DNA of 64,000 nt, from positions 25,420,001 through 25,484,000 of the forward strand of contig CM126228.1 of the NCBI GenBank assembly GCA_052327205.1, in the 5' to 3' direction. Positions 28,890-41,018 of the stretch are shown in pieces. The notes beneath the pieces were generated by a model. It made no database searches. It was not told the DNA's origin and saw only the letters and a list, made by a program, of their open reading frames with translations. The DNA comes from Somniosus microcephalus (taxonomy: Eukaryota). The first letter of the stretch is position 1; every line of letters begins with the position of its first letter. The position numbers were made by a program, and so were the translations under genes.

Positions 28890-30350
28890 CAAGCTGAAGT
28901 GCCCGGCGGTGCCGAGGCTTTTTCGAGGGCATGTTGTTGTTGGAAGAGAGAGAGAGAGAGAGCGACTGGGGGGGGGGGGAAAGAGAGAGAGCGACTGGGG
29001 GAAGAGAGGGAGGGAGGGGTGGGGGGAAGAGAGGGAGGGGTGGGGGGAAGAGAGGGAGGGGAGGGGGGAGGGAGGGGAGGGGAAGGGAGGGGGAGGGGAG
29101 GGCGGGGGGAGGGGGAAGGAAGGGAGGAGGGGGGGAAGGGAGGGGAGGGGAAGGGAGGGCGGGGGAGGGGAAGGGAGGGCGGGGGGGAGGGCAGGGGAGG
29201 GAAGGGGGGGAGGGCAGGGGAGGGGAAGGGGGGGAGGGCAGGGAGGGGAAGGGGGGAGGGCAGGGGAGGGGAAGGGAGGGCGGGGGGAGGGCAGGGGAGG
29301 GAGGAAGGGAGGGAGGGGGGGAAGGGAGGGCAGGGGGGGAGGGAGGGCGGGGGGGAAGGGCGGGGGAGGGGGGGATGGAGGGCGGAGGGGAGGGAGGGCG
29401 GCGGGCGCCCCCCCCCCCGAGGGTCGCGGCCCCCGAGGGTCGCACCCCACCCCCCCCCCTCTCCCCGGAGGTGAAGACCGCCGATTGCGCGCGCAGCAGG
29501 AGCTGAGACGCGGCGTCTCTCTCGGCCGGCGGGCCCGGTTGCCAGGGCAACCGTGACGCTGACCAAGCCAGAGAGAGAGACGCCGCGTCTCAGCTGCTCC
29601 TGCTGCGCGCGCGGCCGCCCCCCCCTCCCCCGAGGTGAAGACCGCCGATTGCGCCCGTTGCCGGGGTAACGCTGGACGCTCAGCAAGCCCCGGCAGAGAG
29701 AGACGTCTCAGCTCCTGCTGCGCGCGCACCCTAGCGGCGCTGGGCTGAGGCTCGGCCCTCCAGCCTTCGAGTGGGGCGGGAGGTGCCTAGCTCGGACGTG
29801 GGTGCGGAGGAGACGCCGAGGCTTCTAGGCCTACCTGGAAAAACGGGGAAAGGTAGGAAAATTAATGAGATTAGATAAGTTAATTACTTTCTAAATCATT
29901 TTTTTTAAAACAATGTGTTTTAAAAGCAACGTTTTTTTTTAAGACGCAGAAAGCGGGAAAAAGAAAGGAAAAGTTTGGAATCAAGATGGCGGCGACTCAC
30001 CTCGGTTCAGAACGATAAAGCCCGGCCACACGCGCACCGATTGGCCCGGCGGCACACGCCAGCAACCCGGCGTACGATTGGTCGAGCTCGAGGTCACTCT
30101 GTCGCTAATGAGCGGATAATGAGATGCTAATGAGCGGAATGTTGAAGGTTTTTGGGATACCGCGGGCGCAATTTTAGCCCGGCCGAAACGTAAATACGTT
30201 TAAAACCGTCTCGGAAGCGTAAGCTTTCTTTGGAGGTAACGCGCGCGTAGGTACGCCCTGTAACTTTCGAGTGCATACCCGCAACGCACACGCGATGACA
30301 GACAGATAGACAGAAGTACCGATTTATATATATATAGATAGATAGATAGA
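28890..30350 (-). mobile_element. Non-autonomous Helitron-like element with G-rich tract and CpG-rich core
   Basis: Minus strand begins A|TCTAT... with (TCTA/TCTG)n microsatellite and ends with a short GC hairpin (28902-28917) about 10 nt before CTTG|T; no TIR or TSD; abrupt GC shift against AT-rich intron. Confidence 0.62.
28945..29420 (+). repeat. Polypurine G-rich low-complexity tract ((GA)n then GGGA/GGGGA/GGCAGGG units)
   Basis: About 470 bp almost only G/A on the + strand; source of the spurious Pro- and Gly-rich ORFs. Confidence 0.95.
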
Positions 30351-30857
30351 TGGTTCTGAGTTGTACAGATCAGGAAGGCTCCAGACTCGATCCTTGGCCT
30401 GTGATAAGTTACCTGATACCAACATGGGTGACAATGGGGTGCTGAAATTGCTTTTGACTTCTTCAGGGCGGAAGATTCAGTTAGGATTCCAGCTTCTGAT
30501 TGCAATCCTGCTGGAACATGCACGTGTGGATGTTTGGTGAAGGCAGCATTGGGATTAGCTGTGATGCTTTCTGTGGCCATGCAGCATGTCAGCACTCACT
30601 GGCTGGATCTGGTCAAGACATCATAGGCTTGATGTTCATGAGGAATAATCCCAGCACAATTCACCACTTTCAGGGAGAAGAGTAGAAAATGTGTGAAAAG
30701 TATATCGTATCAGAGGTCATGATATATCAAACAAACTAACAAATTTGGAAAATTAATTTTTTTTTACTTCTGATGGAGATTTTACAAATGAAGAAGGGGA
30801 CTATAATACTCCTTCAAGCTACCTCCGTTTTCTCTGTCTCCCGTTTAAAACTTCAGA

Positions 30858-31250
30858 GGGCCTTGGTTTAGTGGTAGTACTCTTGCCTCTGAGTCGGAAG
30901 ATTGTGGCTTGAAGTCCCACTCCATAGACTTGCACTTAATTTAGGCTGACACTACAGCACTGTCTGAGGTGCTGTCTTTCAGATGAGACATTAAACCAAG
31001 GGCCCAACTGCCCTCTCGGGTGGACGTAAAAGATCTCATGGCACTATTCGAAGAAGAGCTGGGTATTTCTCCCCAGTGACCTGACCAATATTGATCCCTC
31101 AACTAACATCACTAAAATAGATTATCTGGTTATTACCTTTTGCTGTTTGTGAGACCTTGCTGTGAGCAAACACTTCCAAAGTACTTAATTGGCTGTAAAA
31201 TGCTTTGGGACAGTCTTGAAAGATGTTCTATAAATGCGAGTACTTTCTTT
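30858..31250 (+). mobile_element. Deu-domain tRNA-derived SINE (SacSINE1-like)
   Basis: tRNA-like head (tggtttagtggtag...aagtcccactcca), central ggacgtaaaagatctcatggcactattcgaagaagag block, and L2-like tail. Confidence 0.8.
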
Positions 31251-32094
31251 TATTGTGGTAACAAATGCTACTAGTGCCACCAGCAAATATGAAAATTTAA
31301 CACTGTCTTGAAGTAGGAAAAAAATACAATATTTCTTTTAATTTCCAATTTTTGTTTTTATTTCCTTGTTATTTTTTGGCTTGTTCCTAGGCCTCTTCCG
31401 ATCCGAGTCTAGCTGATTGCTTGCAGTCATGCTGTAGGAGAGAGGAAAGGTGGTGCCCTCTGTTGATAAATGGTTGGCCTTTGTTATGTACACCCCCCTA
31501 TTGCCCCAGTATTATTATGAATTCGGCAGGAAATTCATGACTAACAGAACCATATTTGTATCATTCTGTGATGCAGGGCATTGCACCCTCCCCCCGCCCC
31601 CCCCCCCCCCAAACAAAAATTCTCCATTACACAAGATAAAAGCTATTTCTAATGTTTCAATTCAATATCAATATTATCAGTAAAACTACCAAAAAGTGGT
31701 TGAATATGATGCACTGCAGAAACTTGTGAATGAATTACGGAGAAAATTAAAATAGGGGGGAAAGATTGTTGGTGGCACACATGGAATTCAGTTCATGTAA
31801 TTAACGGAGATATTTTCAATAACTGTACAGTGATTTTAATTTTGAAACTAGCTCTGTAAATAAGAATAGAATACTTTTACTGTAGTTCTGTTGAATGTGT
31901 TTACCCTATTTACTGTAATTCATTACCTGCCATACATTACAGGAAAGTAATATATGGCAAAACTGTTGGGAGTTCAGTCTTCTGTTTACATTTGATGTGA
32001 AGTGCAAGAAAAAACACTTGCTTCACTCTGAGGAGTTTGTTCGTTCTTATGTTTAAATATAATTTTTATAGGCCTTTTACGTTGAATTTTTCAG

Positions 32095-35000
32095 ATGCAA
32101 AGAAGCAGGCAGATGATGACATCACCAAGTCCGTTAGGTCCATCAGAAAGCAAGGTTCTTCCTTTGAACGTTCAGGTTGTTGCTCAACACATGCAGTCAG
32201 TCAAGCAGCAACAGAAGACTGTCCAGAATATCCCTGCCAGTCCACACAATGATCGAAGGCCTCGCTACCATCAAATCTTGCCTAAACCAGCCTCAACCAG
32301 CACACTTACTCTTAGCTCTCCAACTACAGTACTCTTGGCCGGTAGCCCAATAAAAACTGTTGTTTCTGGAACATCCCACGCTAGCTCCCTGAATATGGTG
32401 AAGATGACGACAATATCTCTCCCACCTAACACTGGTGCATCTCCTAAACCTACGTCATCGACAAACAACAGTACGGCAACAGCAGACAAATTAAAAACTG
32501 GTTCAACGTTGAGAGTTGCCACAACTTCTTGCCTTCCTGCTGGAGGATCCAAAACAAGTAGTGCCACAACCACACCCACTGCTGAGGTCATCAAATCTGA
32601 ACATGAAGCAATATCAAGTGATGAAAAGCAGACTCTGTGCCAAGATCATTCAAGTCGCTTGAAGGATCCTAGAAGAACTGTTGGTTCCTCTCCGTGTGGA
32701 CAGAAAAGTAATAGTGAAGCTAGCACAAAAGTGAAGATATCAAATGGGAAAACAGCTAATGAGAAGACAGCAAAAGTCTGTAATGGTCAGAAAACGGAAG
32801 GAAAAAAGACCAAAAATGAAGGCAAGTTTCTACACAATGAAAATCTGGCCTTTTCAATAGTGGGAAATAATCAAAATGCTTTTTCTATTTCCTCCACTTC
32901 AAATTTCACTAGCACCAGCATTAATTCAAAATCCATTACTGATACTGCCAGGTCTCATAAAGACAATGGGATGTGCCCAAAAAGTCCAAGAAAACGTTCT
33001 CCCTCTAATTCTGCATTTGAACCACAGGTGCCTCCTGTGAAGAAAGCTATGCTTTTAGAACATACTTCAGGTAGTGCAGAACATCAGAAGGTCTGCCAGG
33101 GCACTGCAGTAATGACATCTCCAAAACCATCTGCAGCTTTAATAGTAAAAAGTGAAAACACACCAGCAGTGATTCAGGCACCTAGTACAGTTACTGTTAA
33201 ACTGAATACAACAGGAATAACCCGTATATTAGCAAACCCGTCATCCGATATTCAAATAGTCACCCTGGATTGCCTTCAGACTGCTGCAGAACAAACGGCT
33301 ACCTTTCGGGAAAACAAAACTACAGATTTGGAAATGGGTTCATTCAGTTTGCAAGGAAACACAAGTACAAAACTGATCGCTAATCATACTGACATCCAGC
33401 ATATCAAAAAGAATCACCAGTGTTTTTTGACTGATACAGAAAGGCAGCAAGTTATAAATGCTAATATGATTGGGAATTCGGGGACCATTGATTTTCAAGT
33501 GTCTGCGTGGGAGCCAGTACAATGTAATGGGTTGGACCAGCAGACTTATGATCAACAAATGCAGGCTCAGAACCAGCTACAAGGTTCTACTTCAGTTCAG
33601 CTGCAAGGACTAAATCAAGCACAGTCGTCAAACCAGTTACCTCTGCAGGATAATTTGATGGAGCTCACACCTTCAGGTTCACAAACCAATGAAAACTACT
33701 TTCAATTTGATGAAGATCTCACACAGGACAGTATTGTAGAAGAATTAGTATTATTTGAAGAGCAAATGTCCCTGAATGTTGGTTATGGAACTGGTTTGGG
33801 AATACCTGCTCATAGTCATTCCACAGTAGGTCATGGCACACTGATGTCATCTCATCAAGCTGGACAATTCTATCATCCAATCCATAGCAGTGGCACTCCA
33901 ACCCCAACTCCTACACCAACGCCAACTCCTACACCCAATCCAACACCTACATCAGAAATGATTGGCTCTCAAACTTGTTCAAGTCCTAGTTCCAGAATGG
34001 CTCAAACAACACCTGTAGATAGCGCTCTTGGCAGCAGCAGACATACACCAATTGGCACTCCTCATTCGAACTGCAGTAGTAGTGTGCCTCCTAGCCCTGT
34101 TGAATGCAGGAACCCGTTTGCTTTTACTCCAATAAGCTCCAGCATGGCATACCAGGATGCTAGTGTCATTTCCAGCAGCCCTGTTAAACCAATGCAGAGG
34201 CCTATGGCCACTCACCCAGACAAAATAAAAATTGAATGGATGAATAATGGATACAACACTGGAGTAAGCAGCTCTGCAGTTCCCAACAGTGGTGTTGGTA
34301 TTCTGCCCAGTTATCAGGAACTGGCTGAGGACCACTTTAGAAAACCACATGCCTTCGCTGTTCCTGGACAAACGATGCAGTCATATCACCATAATGCCAT
34401 GCAGTTACAGTCTAGACATCATGATGTTCAGTTGGGTCGTTTGACTCCAGTGTCACCTGTATCACACCAGGGAGCTTCTATGGCTAATGGCAGTAAGCAG
34501 GAGGGCTTTGCAGTTCCAGCACCTCTTGACAACAAAGGAATACATTCATTAATCAATAATTTTAGGTGTCGCAGTGTCAGTCCTGCTGTTCATCGTCAAC
34601 GTAATCTTAGTGGAAGTACTCTAGGTCCAGTGATTAACCTGCCAAGGACAAGTTTGGCATCTTTTGGAAGCCCAGTAACACCTGAGGTTCACAACACCTT
34701 TGTTAACAATCTTTCAAATAACAGTGCCAACAGTATGGCTCAACGAAGCCAATCTGTCCCTTTGTCTGTTATGATGCAGACTCCGTTCCCATCTTACCAC
34801 AAGCAAACCAACACTAAGAAAATTACAAATGTGTTGTTAAGCAAACTTGATTCAGACAGTGATGATGCAGTAAGAGGTCTAGGAATGAACAACTTGCCCT
34901 CCAATTATACAGCAAGAATGAATCTTACTCAGATATTGGAGACGACATCTAGTTTTGGTAGTGCCAACCAGCAACCAATGATTAATTCAAGCTCTTCTGT

Positions 35001-35460
35001 CTTTGAATTCCAGAAGCCTAGTTACCTCTCAAAACACATCAATAATGATCAGATGGGTTATATTTCTGAGGATAATCAAGCACAAACAGAAACCAGAGAG
35101 CAATCATTGGATTTCAACAATACAGTCAAAGACTTTCTGGCTGAAGACAGCCTACAACCAAACCAGCAAGTGGTTGGCCAAGTACCGTCGGATCTTAATA
35201 ATGTTGCCTCTGATTTCTCCAGTGATCTCAGGTTGTCCTCTGATCTTTCAGGCAGCATAAACGATCTGAGCACTTTAGATACAAATCTGCTGTTTGACCC
35301 GAGTAAACAACAGGGACAAGATGTTGATACTACACTGGAGGAACTGAATGATGATGCAGTGTTCCAGCAAATCTGTAATGAATCCATGAACTCCATGCAG
35401 TCTTCAGGTTTTGACTGGATGGAAAGTAAAGATCATCCTACAGTTGAAATGTTAGGTTAA
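32095..35460 (+). CDS. RFX7: RFX7 large terminal coding exon (1121 aa, Ser/Pro/Thr/Gln-rich C-terminal region)
   Basis: tttcag acceptor directly before 32095; QILPKP, SPRKR, (TP)n, [32 protein letters not shown] motifs and C-terminus [16 protein letters not shown]; TAA at 35458-35460. Confidence 0.97.
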   Translation: MQRSRQMMTSPSPLGPSESKVLPLNVQVVAQHMQSVKQQQKTVQNIPASPHNDRRPRYHQILPKPASTSTLTLSSPTTVLLAGSPIKTVVSGTSHASSLNMVKMTTISLPPNTGASPKPTSSTNNSTATADKLKTGSTLRVATTSCLPAGGSKTSSATTTPTAEVIKSEHEAISSDEKQTLCQDHSSRLKDPRRTVGSSPCGQKSNSEASTKVKISNGKTANEKTAKVCNGQKTEGKKTKNEGKFLHNENLAFSIVGNNQNAFSISSTSNFTSTSINSKSITDTARSHKDNGMCPKSPRKRSPSNSAFEPQVPPVKKAMLLEHTSGSAEHQKVCQGTAVMTSPKPSAALIVKSENTPAVIQAPSTVTVKLNTTGITRILANPSSDIQIVTLDCLQTAAEQTATFRENKTTDLEMGSFSLQGNTSTKLIANHTDIQHIKKNHQCFLTDTERQQVINANMIGNSGTIDFQVSAWEPVQCNGLDQQTYDQQMQAQNQLQGSTSVQLQGLNQAQSSNQLPLQDNLMELTPSGSQTNENYFQFDEDLTQDSIVEELVLFEEQMSLNVGYGTGLGIPAHSHSTVGHGTLMSSHQAGQFYHPIHSSGTPTPTPTPTPTPTPNPTPTSEMIGSQTCSSPSSRMAQTTPVDSALGSSRHTPIGTPHSNCSSSVPPSPVECRNPFAFTPISSSMAYQDASVISSSPVKPMQRPMATHPDKIKIEWMNNGYNTGVSSSAVPNSGVGILPSYQELAEDHFRKPHAFAVPGQTMQSYHHNAMQLQSRHHDVQLGRLTPVSPVSHQGASMANGSKQEGFAVPAPLDNKGIHSLINNFRCRSVSPAVHRQRNLSGSTLGPVINLPRTSLASFGSPVTPEVHNTFVNNLSNNSANSMAQRSQSVPLSVMMQTPFPSYHKQTNTKKITNVLLSKLDSDSDDAVRGLGMNNLPSNYTARMNLTQILETTSSFGSANQQPMINSSSSVFEFQKPSYLSKHINNDQMGYISEDNQAQTETREQSLDFNNTVKDFLAEDSLQPNQQVVGQVPSDLNNVASDFSSDLRLSSDLSGSINDLSTLDTNLLFDPSKQQGQDVDTTLEELNDDAVFQQICNESMNSMQSSGFDWMESKDHPTVEMLG

Positions 35461-37989
35461 ATCAAAGAGTACTGTTAAATATATAGCACACAAATTTCAT
35501 TTTCTGACGCATCATATTTGGCCTAACAGATGTGCCTGCCTTGAGAGAAACATTTGTTCCTGAACAAGTGTGTTCCAGGAGAAAACTAACTGCTCTGCAT
35601 ACTTAAGTTTAATTAATCTTGTGTCTAAAATTCTTTCATTTTAGGTGCCAGTATTTGACATCATCTTGCATGGTTTACTGCAAATATAAGCAAATGTGTG
35701 TGTATGTTGTCCATTTATGGAATTAGGTTCATTTACAAGCTGGGCTGTCTGTCAGTAGGTAGAGATTACTGCAGTAAAATGTAAATTCAGTTCGAGCCTT
35801 TTTAAGATCAACGGTGTGAGATAAAATCCTGCTCAGTTTAGGTCAATTTATCTCGTGTACAGAATCACTTTCACTCATTGCCCTCCTAACTTCTTTAACA
35901 TCAACCATATGATTCAGTTGACTATAATTTCAGCCCAGGATCTTTTAAGATAAAATCCTAGGAATCTATCCTGCATCACTGGCTTTTAAAAAAAAAAAAA
36001 AACTAGTTACTGCGAATGCAGATCTTGTTGGCTGCACATTAAGTTAATGCGTCCAATTTACTAAGTGTTTCGACAGAATTTTCCATAACTCTGTTATAAG
36101 AGGCAATATTTATGCACCTACTGGTGTATCTCAGTCACCCTTTGTTATTTTGTTCTCTGCTTAATACTAATTGGAGCCATCTGGAAATCAGCATTATGTA
36201 GAAAACTGAAGCAGCTCTCCAGTGACATGAGTGGGAACTGTGGGCTGCACTCCTCATTCATGATATCACTCAAATATCCGATGTTTTCCACAAAATTCCA
36301 GGTTGCCTGTACCTGGTGTTAAAGGATAAAACAAAAACTGGGAAACGCTGAGAAACTGCGGTAAAGAGTGCAGATATCTGCTGTTGACATTTAGAGAGTT
36401 ATGTGACAATTAAGTCGGATACACTTCTTTTCAATTGTCAGCAATGTAATGTTTGTCTTTTAACGTGGAGGCATCAGCACCTCATGCATAGTGATTTGGC
36501 AATGTATGCACAGTCGTCTATTATTTCACTCGGTGTTTTAGCCCTTGTGCACTATTTTTATTGCACTGGTGAACTTGTACGTGCTAAATTCCTCTGCAGT
36601 ATTTTAACAGGAGTGTTAACCCATTTATTTTAAGCAGGTTAACAACTGTGTTAAAATAGTGCAGACTGGAATTGAACATGAACCTATTAACTAGCGCACT
36701 AAAAACAGTGGACTGTGGGACTTAAACCCCTCGTAACCTTCCTAAAAGAAAGTATAGTATTTAGGAGAATCAGTGGCTACCTCTAATGGCAAAAAAAAAT
36801 CAATACTACACCCATATTTCTTTGTTATATAAAAAAATATCCTGTAATATATCTTTTAAATATAAATTCCTTTACTAGAAGTTGATTTTAATCACTTTCC
36901 CCAAAGAAAGGGAAATATATCAAAATATCTGGAATTAGATTCAAAAGAGTACTTCTGTGATAAAGGTTTGGATATTTTTTTGTTAGATTGCTTCTCATTT
37001 GAATGCTTTTAAGAAATAGCTTATTTATTCATCCCAGAATACGTCACTAGAAGGACGGAAAGATACTTTCCTGGGCAGTATCATACAGCACTCCACAACA
37101 CAACAGGCAGTGGGTTTAAAGATATGACGGAGGATTGTTGGTGGATAAACTCAAAAACTTGTTCCTAAAAGGATTACATTTCTTTAAGATCAAATAAGGT
37201 TAATATTCATTTTTAGTCTAACAAATTGGAATTGATTTTAACTATGCCCTGGTATAATTTACATACTTTCCCCCCCCCCCCCCCCCCCCCGGAGTATGTA
37301 TCTTTATTAAAATCGTCCCTGATTGCTTAGCGGGTAAATGCAACACACAGTGTGATCCTAACAATTCAGACAGGTTGGGACGATTGGCCTGTTTCCATAT
37401 TGTAATTTCTATGTAATTCTATGTGGGGCTTGGAATACCCTATCAGAAACAGTGGTGCAAAGAGAATCCATAATAGTTTTTAAAAGGGAAGTGGATAAAT
37501 AATTGTATTAGAAAAATTTAGAAGGGAGCGGGGAAAGGTAGGGAAATGGGGCTGTGTGGATAGCTCTTTCAGTGAGCTGGCACAGGCACGATGGGCAGAA
37601 TGGCCTCAGGTGATGTAACATTCTATGCTTTTGTGGGTGGAGTGGAAAATCAGACAGGGTTCTGACTGCAGATTGCTATCACTGACTTCTGCTGAAAGTA
37701 CATATGTATATTTCAAAATTCCCCTTCTCTCCATCTTAACTGAGAATGGCTGATTCAGCACAAATAACCAATTTGAATGTAAAACCTTTTTGATTTGTGA
37801 AGTTCTGTACCACATCTTGTGGTTCATTTATCCACTGAGCAATCACTGGAACTTGTAGACAGGAAAAGAGAGGATTGAGCTTGACTGATGAGCCCCACAG
37901 TTGAACAACCCACCTGACTCCAAGCTCTCACCTGAAGAATAGTCATTTGGTTAAGATAACCAGAGGGCTCCAGTGCACTATGGAACTGT

Positions 37990-39730
37990 AACATAGAAAC
38001 ATAGAAACATAGAGATAGGAACAGGAGTAGGCCATTCGGCCCTTCGAGCCTGCTCCGCCATTCAATGAGATCATGGCTGATCTTCATCTGAGATCTTAGC
38101 TGATCTTACCAGTTCAGTACCCCGTCCCCGCCTTTTCTCCGTAACCCTTAATCCCCTTAGCCTTCAGAAATATATCCAATTCTCTCTTGAAAATATTTAT
38201 TGAATTAGCCTTCACAGCCCTCTGTGGCAGGGAATTCCACAGGCTCACCACTCTTTGAGTGAAGAAATTCTTCCTCATCTCTGTTTTAAATGATTTGCCC
38301 GCTATTTTTAGACTGTGGCCCCTGGTTCTGTGCTCCCCTGCCATTGGAAACATTCTCTCTGAATTCAGCCTGTCCAGGCCTGCCATAATTTTATATGTTT
38401 CGATGAGATCCCCTCTCAATCTTCTAAACTCCAGTGAGTACAAGCCCAAACTATTCAATCTCTCCTCGTAGGTCATTCCCGCCATTCCAGGTATCAGCCT
38501 GGTGAATCGCCGCTGCACTCTTTCCATGGCAAGAACATCCTTCCGCAGATGGGGCGACCAAAACTGTACACAATACTCCAGATGCGGTCTCACCAGCACC
38601 TTGTACAGCTGTAGTAAGGTATCCCTATTCCTATACTCGAACCCCCTTGATATGAAGGCCAACATACCATTTGCCTTCTTAATCGCCTGTTGCACCTGCA
38701 TGCTCTCCTTCAGTGACTGGTGCACAAGAACACCCAGGTCCCTCTGCACTTCCCCATCTCCCAATCTATTGCCATTTAGATAATAATCTACCCTCCTGTT
38801 TTTACCCCCAAAGTGGATAACCTCGCATTTATCCACATTATAGTGCATCTGCCACGTATCCGCCCATTCCCCCAACCTGTCCAAATCGCACTGTAGCCTC
38901 CTGACATCCTCATCAGAGCCCACCCCTCCTCCTAGTTTAGTGTCGTCAGCGAATTTGGAAATATTGCATCCAATTCCCTGATCCAGATCATTTATATATA
39001 TTGTGAACAGCTGGGGTCCCAGGACAGATCCTTGCGGCACCCCGCTGGTCACTGCCTGCCACTCCGAAAACGAGCCGTTTATTCCAACTCTCTGTTTTCT
39101 ATCCGCCAGCCAGTTCTCTATCCACGTTAATACTTTGCCCCCAATCCCATGAGCCTTAATTTTGCATGATAATCTTTTGTGTGGAACCTTATCGAAGGCT
39201 TTCTGGAAGTCAAGGTACACCACATCCACTGGCTCTCCCCCATCTATTTTACCAGTTACTTCCTCAAAAAATTCCAGCAGATTAGTCAAACACGATTTAC
39301 CCTTTGTAAATCCATGTTGACTCTGTCCGATCCTTTCCCCATTTGTCAAGTGCTCCGCTATTTTATCCTTAATAATGGACTCTAGCATTTTGCCCACAAC
39401 CGATGTAAGGCTTACTGGTCTATAATTCCCTGCTTTCTCTCTACCCCCCTTTTTAAATATTGGGGTAACATTAGCTACCCTCCAATCCACGGGTACTGTT
39501 CCCGAGTCAATGGAGTTCCGGAAGATGATCCTTAGAGCATCTGCTATCTCCAGGGCCACCTCCTTAAGTACCCTAGGATGTAGTTTATCAGGCCCCGGGG
39601 ATTTGTCGGCCTTCAGTCCCCTCAACTTACCCAACACCATATCCCTAGAGATACTAATTTCTGTCAGCTCCTCCCTCTCATTAGTCCCTATGTTTGCCGA
39701 TATTCCTGGGAGGTTATTTGTGTCCTCCTA
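37990..39730 (-). mobile_element. Young 5'-truncated CR1 LINE with uninterrupted RT reading frame (38114-39640) and (CTATGTTT)n tail
   Basis: 508-aa ORF with KSPGPD, NYRPVSLTS, QHGF, DFQKAFDKV, GVPQGSVLGP and FADD motifs; no endonuclease or ORF1. Confidence 0.96.
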
Positions 39731-39744
39731 GTACAAGTCACCAC

Positions 39745-39898
39745 CAATGTTCCCGTTAAGGTGCACGTGCATGCGGCCGTGCAGGCCACTCACCAGCTTT
39801 TACGTTGTAAATACCTCGCATGCGCAGAAATTTAAAGGGGACCGCACATTAAAAGAAACAGGCCGTGCAGAACAAAGCGCAGCTCACAAGGAACATTG
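39745..39898. mobile_element. Small hAT-type MITE
   Basis: TIR CAATGTTCC...GGAACATTG; 8-bp flanks GTCACCAC / GTCACCTC (7/8 match). Confidence 0.75.
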
Positions 39899-40704
39899 GT
39901 CACCTCCTTAAAGAGAAGTGGGATAAAGGTGGGGGGGGGGGAATCAGAAAGGTAAAGAAAATAACAAAATTCTATAACTGTCAATGTATAGTACATTTCT
40001 GTAATTTTATCCCAGTCTTTAATTATTGTAAACAGTCTGTTTAATGATGTATATCTCCTAATATATAGATTATTGGTCACCTGAATCAGTTGTTAAGCAT
40101 ATTTTTTAACAGAAATGGTCAACAAACTATAATTAAATTCAAAAAAAATACTGATTTTAAAATAGCTTTTTTCTCAAATATAAAGTCTATAAAACATCCA
40201 AGAAAAGATGTGAATTTTGAAAAAGTACTTGTAAAAAGACCACTTTGCCAGAATTCTAGCTTTACTGAACTCTGATATTTCAGAAGTATAATGTTACCGG
40301 GACATCTCGAATGGTTTATAACATACTTTTATAAATCTTAATGATTTACTGTAATAATTATTTTCACATAATTTTGCTACTGAACCAAGACTTTATGAAC
40401 CACCTGGAATTGTCATGTTTCCCAGTACCTTTCTAGAGCAATTTTGGAAAATTGCTTTTATCTGAATTTTATTGATTCTACGGTGGCCTGTTTATACTGC
40501 GATAAGGTGCTTGCTCCATACCCCTGTGATGTAGTGGGTTATAGAGAACCCTTTTGCTACCTGACATGTATAACTAAGGTGGTGAAGAAATTCATCTTCC
40601 ACAATAACTGTTCTGACTAAATATGTGTAATGATGAAAATACGAATTGGGAAACAAATAAGAACAAATTTGGTATAAATTTGGATCCTAATCACAATTGA
40701 ATTA

Positions 40705-41018
40705 CAGGAAACTTTTGTTTATCCGGAGGTTAAATGTCCGGAAAGCTCTATCCACCGGCAAAATTCAGGAGTCGGTTCAGAAAAGTTTTTTTTTCTTTTT
40801 GTTGCTTTTTTTCTCCAGTCAGGCTCTGCAAGGCCTAGCTGAAGCTGTTGCTTAGCTACAGAGATGCTTGCAAGCTACGGCCGACTGTTTTGAAGCTGTT
40901 GCTTCACACGGAGCTCCTGAGCTCCGTATGTTTTAACATTAGCGCTGGTTTGTCCGGCAGTTTTGATGGGACGGCAATGGCTCGGTCCCGTCAGTGCCGG
41001 ATACCAGAAAGTTTCCTG
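40705..41018. mobile_element. CAGGAAAC MITE copy E
   Basis: TA-CAGGAAACTTT...AAAGTTTCCTG-TA; close to copies C and G apart from a 20-bp internal deletion. Confidence 0.87.

Noticed and set aside
28792-29729. Six overlapping Pro-rich and Gly/Arg/Glu-rich ORFs of 191-302 aa
   Set aside because: Artefacts of a stop-free G-rich low-complexity tract.
33893-33950. (Thr-Pro)n repeat as a novelty
   Set aside because: A similar TP repeat is, as I recall, a normal feature of vertebrate RFX7.
32095-35460. 1121-aa ORF as a stand-alone single-exon gene
   Set aside because: It is preceded by a splice acceptor and continues the frame of the upstream RFX7 exons.
38114-39640. RT ORF as a domesticated gene or retron-like system
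   Set aside because: Ordinary 5'-truncated CR1 ORF2 with CR1 tail and several decayed relatives in the window.
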